From: Octopus vulgaris
Lineage: Eukaryota
Length of the DNA: 64,000 nt
Direction of reading: 5' to 3'
NCBI GenBank assembly: GCA_951406725.2
Contig: OX597823.1
Coordinates: 54,126,001 to 54,190,000, forward strand
The notes under the pieces were generated by a model, which had not been told where the DNA came from, did no database searches, and worked only from the letters and a program-made list of their open reading frames with translations. Position numbers and translations under genes: made by a program. Numbering within the stretch: the first letter of the stretch is position 1; each line of letters starts with the position of its first letter. Shown piece by piece: positions 59,100 through 64,000 of the stretch.

Positions 59100-60960
59100 T
59101 CCTAGGAGAAAGTTCTTCACTGCAACCTGTGTGAAAACACATACCAGGCTGTGAATGACACCACTAGATCACAGGACGCATACATTTCTGTAGTTGTTCC
59201 TATCTAAGGCATCACCTTTATCCTTGTAGCAGCTAACTATAATACTTATTTCTTTATTACCCACAAGGGGCTAAACACAGAGGGGACAAACAAGGACAGA
59301 CATAGGTATTAAGTCGATTACATCGACCCCAGTGCGTAACTGGTACTTAATTTATCGACCCCGAAAGGATGAAAGGCAAAGTCGACCTCGGCGGAATTTG
59401 AACTCACAACGTAACGCAGACGAAATACCGCTAAGCATTTCGCCCGGCATGCTAACGATTCTGCCAGCTCGCCACCTTAGCTAACTATAATACTACTGTA
59501 CCAGTCATTGGGGATGGTGCCTTCCTGAATAAACTGATTAATGATATTGGTGACTAAGCTGTATCTTACACCAGCAGAAATTTTAATCATCTCGGCAGTG
59601 ATTCTTGATGGCCTTGGGGCTTTCCCTGTCTTCATGATCTTAATTGCCTTATCTATTATGCTGCTATCAACTGTGATGGCTGGTCCTTCAATTGGTTCCA
59701 TGCATCTTTCTTCTCTGAGTCACTAAGTGTAAACATATCATTATCCATTTGCACACATTTCGTACCCACCACATCTCTATTTTCTCTGATACACTGCTTT
59801 GCAATCCTGAACACCTCACATCTCTGACCCTCATGCTGATGAACATTTGCAAATCTCTTACCTTCAGCTATTCCTTTTGCTATGTAAACCTGACGCCTAG
59901 CTGCCCTTTTGGCTACTTGATATAATTCTCTGCTTCCACCATTTTACCAATCTTTCCAGACCTGTCTTTTTGCTTTTATAGCACTGTTTACCTCCTTGTT
60001 CCATCACCATGTCACCCTTGGTCCAGCTGGGACTCTGCACCAACCATATATTTCGTCTGTAGCTCTCAGTAGATTGTCCTGCAGTAACTTCCAATTGTCC
60101 TCGAAGCTATGTGTCCTCAACTCTTCCTTTCTTCTGCCAGAAGCTGCCATTAAGAAATCTCTAATTTTTTTTCTGTTTACTGGGTCTTTGAGCTTCCATA
60201 GTCTTCTTTTCCAGATTGATTTATTTCTCCAAGTCTTTCTAGCCCTAGTTCTGAAGGCACTAACTAGTAACCTATGTTGGTTTGTACACTCTTCACCTGG
60301 GAAAGATTTTGTATTTTTAAGCATTCAACTATCTAATTGCCTGATGAGGAGGTCATGAATCTGGTTTTCTGAAGTTAATGTTGCAGATCATGAGATGATT
60401 TATATCACAGAACCCCAGTAGTTTTGTTCCCTCCTCATTTCTAGGTTCAAATCTACAGCCCCCATGCACTCCCTGGAATCCATGAAGTCACCAGCCACAA
60501 TAACAAAGTCTCTGTCATTGTCATTGAGGTAGTCTGCAAAACGATCTCATAGAATTGGTCCTTCTGCTCATCAGTCAACCAAGACTGAGGAGCATAAGTA
60601 GAGATAAATGTAACTGTTGATTTATCTATGTTAAGTCTCATCTTAATTACCCTATTACATACTTTGACTACTTCAGTTACCTTATTTACCCACTTTTCTG
60701 CCAACAGTATGCCTACACCACCTACTCCATCCTTCCTGCCAACCTAGAAGAATTTGGATCTCTGTCTCTTACCTGTGAGGAATCTAGCTGAGGCTCTCCT
60801 CCATCATACTTCTTGCATACTACACACATCAATATGGCGTCACTCCAACATTTCAATAATCTCCCCACTCTTTCCTTTCATTGTGCCAACATTGATGGTA
60901 GCAGCCCAGAGATTGAGTACTTGGGAGTGGTAGCTGCAAGGTAGTTGTGGAAATTTTGTC
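59100..60960 (-). mobile_element. RTE-clade LINE fragment (APE and start of RT), degenerate, interrupted by a SINE
   Basis: ISTYAPQSWL..KDQFY, FPGEECTNQHRLLV, KAIKIMKTGKAP.PS.ITAEMIK..IPNDW..SIIV. Confidence 0.8.
59247..59478 (-). mobile_element. Young full-length tRNA-derived SINE with Meta-like core and 16-bp TSD
   Basis: TSD agctaactataatact at 59231-59246 and 59479-59494; head aaggtggcgagctggcagaatcg, B-box gagttcaaattcc, core gcctttcatcctttcggggtcgataaa..agtaccag; CpGs intact. Confidence 0.9.
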
Positions 60961-61343
60961 CCACCATTTCATCCAATATCTAGAGCAAGCACCAATAAGA
61001 GATGAGGTGGGTATGAGAATAGGGAATGTATGTTGACCTGGAAGAGAAGAATAGGGTGGTTACATAGGACAGTTTAAGTATTATATGTCTAAATATATTT
61101 ATATGAGGTATGCCTCATTTATATATGTGCGCCTGCATGAGGTTATAAAGATATAATCAAAATATGTACTCACACATACAGCACATGAAGAGTATATGAG
61201 TTGCCAAGTGAAAATGTTAATGTACAAATTAAAATTGGTGGGCATAGCAGGTGTGCAAATTGGACATTAGGTACAGACCTTGTGCAAACTAAGTTAACAC
61301 ACCACATAGCAAGATGGGCTTAGAAGAAAAGCCATAGTATTTA

Positions 61344-61387
<44 letters not shown>

Positions 61388-61388
<1 letters not shown>

Positions 61389-61590
61389 TTTACCTCTGCC
61401 TTAGCGAAGGTGGAGGTATTGTTTTCAGTTGTGTTTGTTAGTTTGTTTGTCCATGGACAAGATATCTCAAGAACTGCTGGATGGACATGAATGAAACTTT
61501 CAGGAATGTTTGGCCTCATGACTGACATGAACTGATTAGATTTTGGGATCAATCTGGTACAAGACAAGGATTCTGAATTACTTGTTATTT
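61388..61590 (+). mobile_element. Helentron-associated (HINE/DINE-like) non-autonomous element fragment
   Basis: ttacctctgcc..gg.ggaggta inverted repeat, gttt/gttt microsatellite, then ..gatgga..gaatgaaacttt. Confidence 0.5.
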
Positions 61591-61603
61591 TTACTGTATA
61601 TGT

Positions 61604-61668
<65 letters not shown>

Positions 61669-61895
61669 CATATACATACATGGTGCAGTCTTCTGCCTAG
61701 GTAGCCTCTATCAAACTGTTCATCCCATGTCAGCATGGAAAATGGATGGTAAATGATGATGATGATATATACTGTGCATTCAAAAGTTGGCTTCAGTCCC
61801 ACTGAGGAGGACTTTGGGGATATGTCTTCTACTATAGTCCTGGGCTGAACAAAGCCTTGTGAGTGGATTCGATAGACAACTAAAAGATGCCTATC

Positions 61896-61965
<70 letters not shown>

Positions 61966-62003
61966 GAAAGAAGGTTTGAAAATGCAATTTAAAAGATGTT
62001 TAT

Positions 62004-62048
62004 TTACTTAACCGGTTTCACTCTTTGGAAAAAGATTGTCAAAAGTAA
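62004..62048 (-). ncRNA. Imperfect minimal hammerhead motif (U3:A8 variant)
   Basis: Minus strand: ttactt-UUGACAA-tcttt ttcc aaaga gt-GAAA-ccgg-UU-aagtaa. Confidence 0.45.
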
Positions 62049-62082
62049 CATAGAATATTATGAATTAAAAAAAAATTTACAT

Positions 62083-62362
62083 AATTGCCACATTACATGT
62101 ATATATACAGTCTTTGGTAACAGGGACATGTTAAGGACATTACAACAGTATGATGAGAATATTTGAAAAAATGGGCAGAAAAGAATAAAACAAATATATT
62201 ATTAGAAGTTTGGTTGCGTTAATTATTGGTTGTTGCAAATTGCCACATTACATGTATATATACAGTCTTTGGTAACAGGGACATGTTAAGGACATAAGAA
62301 AGTACAACAGTATGATGAGAATATTTGAAAAAATGGGCAGAAAAGATTAAAACAAATATATT
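62083..62362. repeat. Tandem duplication of an approximately 120-nt unit
   Basis: attgccacattacatgtatatatacagtctttggtaacagggac..aacaaatatatt occurs twice. Confidence 0.85.
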
Positions 62363-64000
62363 ATACATCTCAGGGTCAGTACAGAATATTATGAATTCAA
62401 GGGACACGCACACTCACACCAGTCTCACCTCCATACAGGCACATATATACACACGCAGCACCATGTGTTTGTGAGAGTGTATGTATGTTCGTGCTCCTTG
62501 TTTTGACATAGATTAATGTTGCAAATGAATGTCATTCATTTTCAATATTCTGTAAAAACATGTCTGACCAGGAGGTGTATTGCTTTGCTTGGAAATAGTT
62601 AACACTTGTCAATAGGTCAGGTATCAGTCCATAGAAAATCTACATCTATAAACTCAGTTTGACTGATGCAGACATGGAAAAGTGGACATTAAAATGCTGC
62701 TGCTGTAACACATACATGTATGTATGTATATCCACACACACACACACATATACATATATATCTTTTCAAACAAACTTATATACACACATATATATTGAAT
62801 TTCTGATAATCCATTCTGCTGTGGTTTGTCAAATGCATTTAACCATAAAACTAAAATGAAAACACTGCTGAAAGTTTTCTAAGCTTTGGTTAGACTAATT
62901 AAATGTTTAATTTTTCTGTTTGTCAATGCTGTCTTAGTTAAACAAAAACTAACTACAATGTCACTTGTTACCTTACTTGAACACTGTGAAAACAAAATTG
63001 AAAGGTTAAATTATGTTCCTTTGCTTTGCAAGGAATTGAATAAACAAACTTCCCAGTCAATCAAGATAAAGTTAAATGAATACATTAAAGAAGAAAGGAA
63101 AAAAAATCTTTTTTCATTTTCTGTTAGCATTCTATAAAACAAACATATTTGCAGTTCATGTCACTACTTGTGATAGTTACAGTTTAAATTTAGTTTCAAA
63201 ATTAAAGTTTGTTAATTTACCAGAGCTCTAAGCAATGGTGTTTAACTTCTTGATGCTTCTTAGCTTAGACATCTCACTTCACTGTTCCTTGTTGTTATTG
63301 TTAGTTCTAGATAAGCCTTGATCATGCTGACCCATGAACAAAGCAGTATGTTAGTCCTGGACTATAATATGTTTCCACAGGCTTTTGACTACATCACTGA
63401 ACAATTAACCTGTTTCTACTGCCAATACCAAAAACACTTACTCTCTAAATAGATCTGGCACATTTTGTTGCTTTATTAAATCTAACTCATATCATTTAAC
63501 ATTCCTTTAGATCCTTAATTAGGTATTAGCTATCATTGCAAACTCTTTTAATTTCTTTTGTGATGTGTGGTAAGAAGTTTGCTTTCCAATCACATAGTTC
63601 CAGGTTCAGTCCCACTGCATGGTACGTTGGACAAATGTTTTCTACTGTAACCCCAGATAACCAAAGTTTTGTGAGTGGATTTGGTAGACAGGAAATGAAG
63701 GAAGCTTATTTCATGTATATATGTATATATATATACATGTGCGTGTGTGTGTGTGTGTGTATATGTGTGTGTGATGGCATCATATAAAAACATCCAGTAC
63801 ACTCTGTAAAGTGGCTGGCATTTGGAAGGGCATCAAGCCATAGAGACAGTCCCAAAACAAATGACTGGAGCCTGGTGCAGCCCTCTGATTTTCCAGCTCC
63901 TGTCAAACCACCCAACCTATGCCAACATGGAAAATGGACATTAAATGATGATGTTGATGATATGTATATCTCTGTGTTTGTCCCCACCACTTCTTGACAA

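Overview
AT-rich, extremely microsatellite-dense animal genomic DNA. It is probably a coleoid cephalopod such as Octopus, inferred only from the SINE families and repeat landscape. Almost all of the window is decayed transposable elements: mariner, Tc1/maT, Tigger/pogo, hAT-Buster and Chapaev3 DNA transposons, MITEs, Tx1, R4, RTE and CR1 LINEs, Penelope-like (PLE) fragments and many tRNA-derived SINEs. Most listed ORFs are microsatellite artefacts. Only one plausible host coding exon is visible (55249-55470, +), in a CpG-depleted, probably methylated gene-body domain starting at about 45-46 kb. Main signals: (1) several minimal type-I hammerhead ribozyme motifs with palindromic helix III, some with a compensatory U3:A8 core, linked to PLE-like tails and foldbacks; (2) a young SINE whose 3' tail matches the 3' end of a Tx1-clade LINE inserted in tandem into (TCTA)n; (3) a near-perfect 288-bp inverted duplication; (4) GG-ended MITEs carrying telomere-like CCCTAA repeats. 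All alignments and folds were done by eye.
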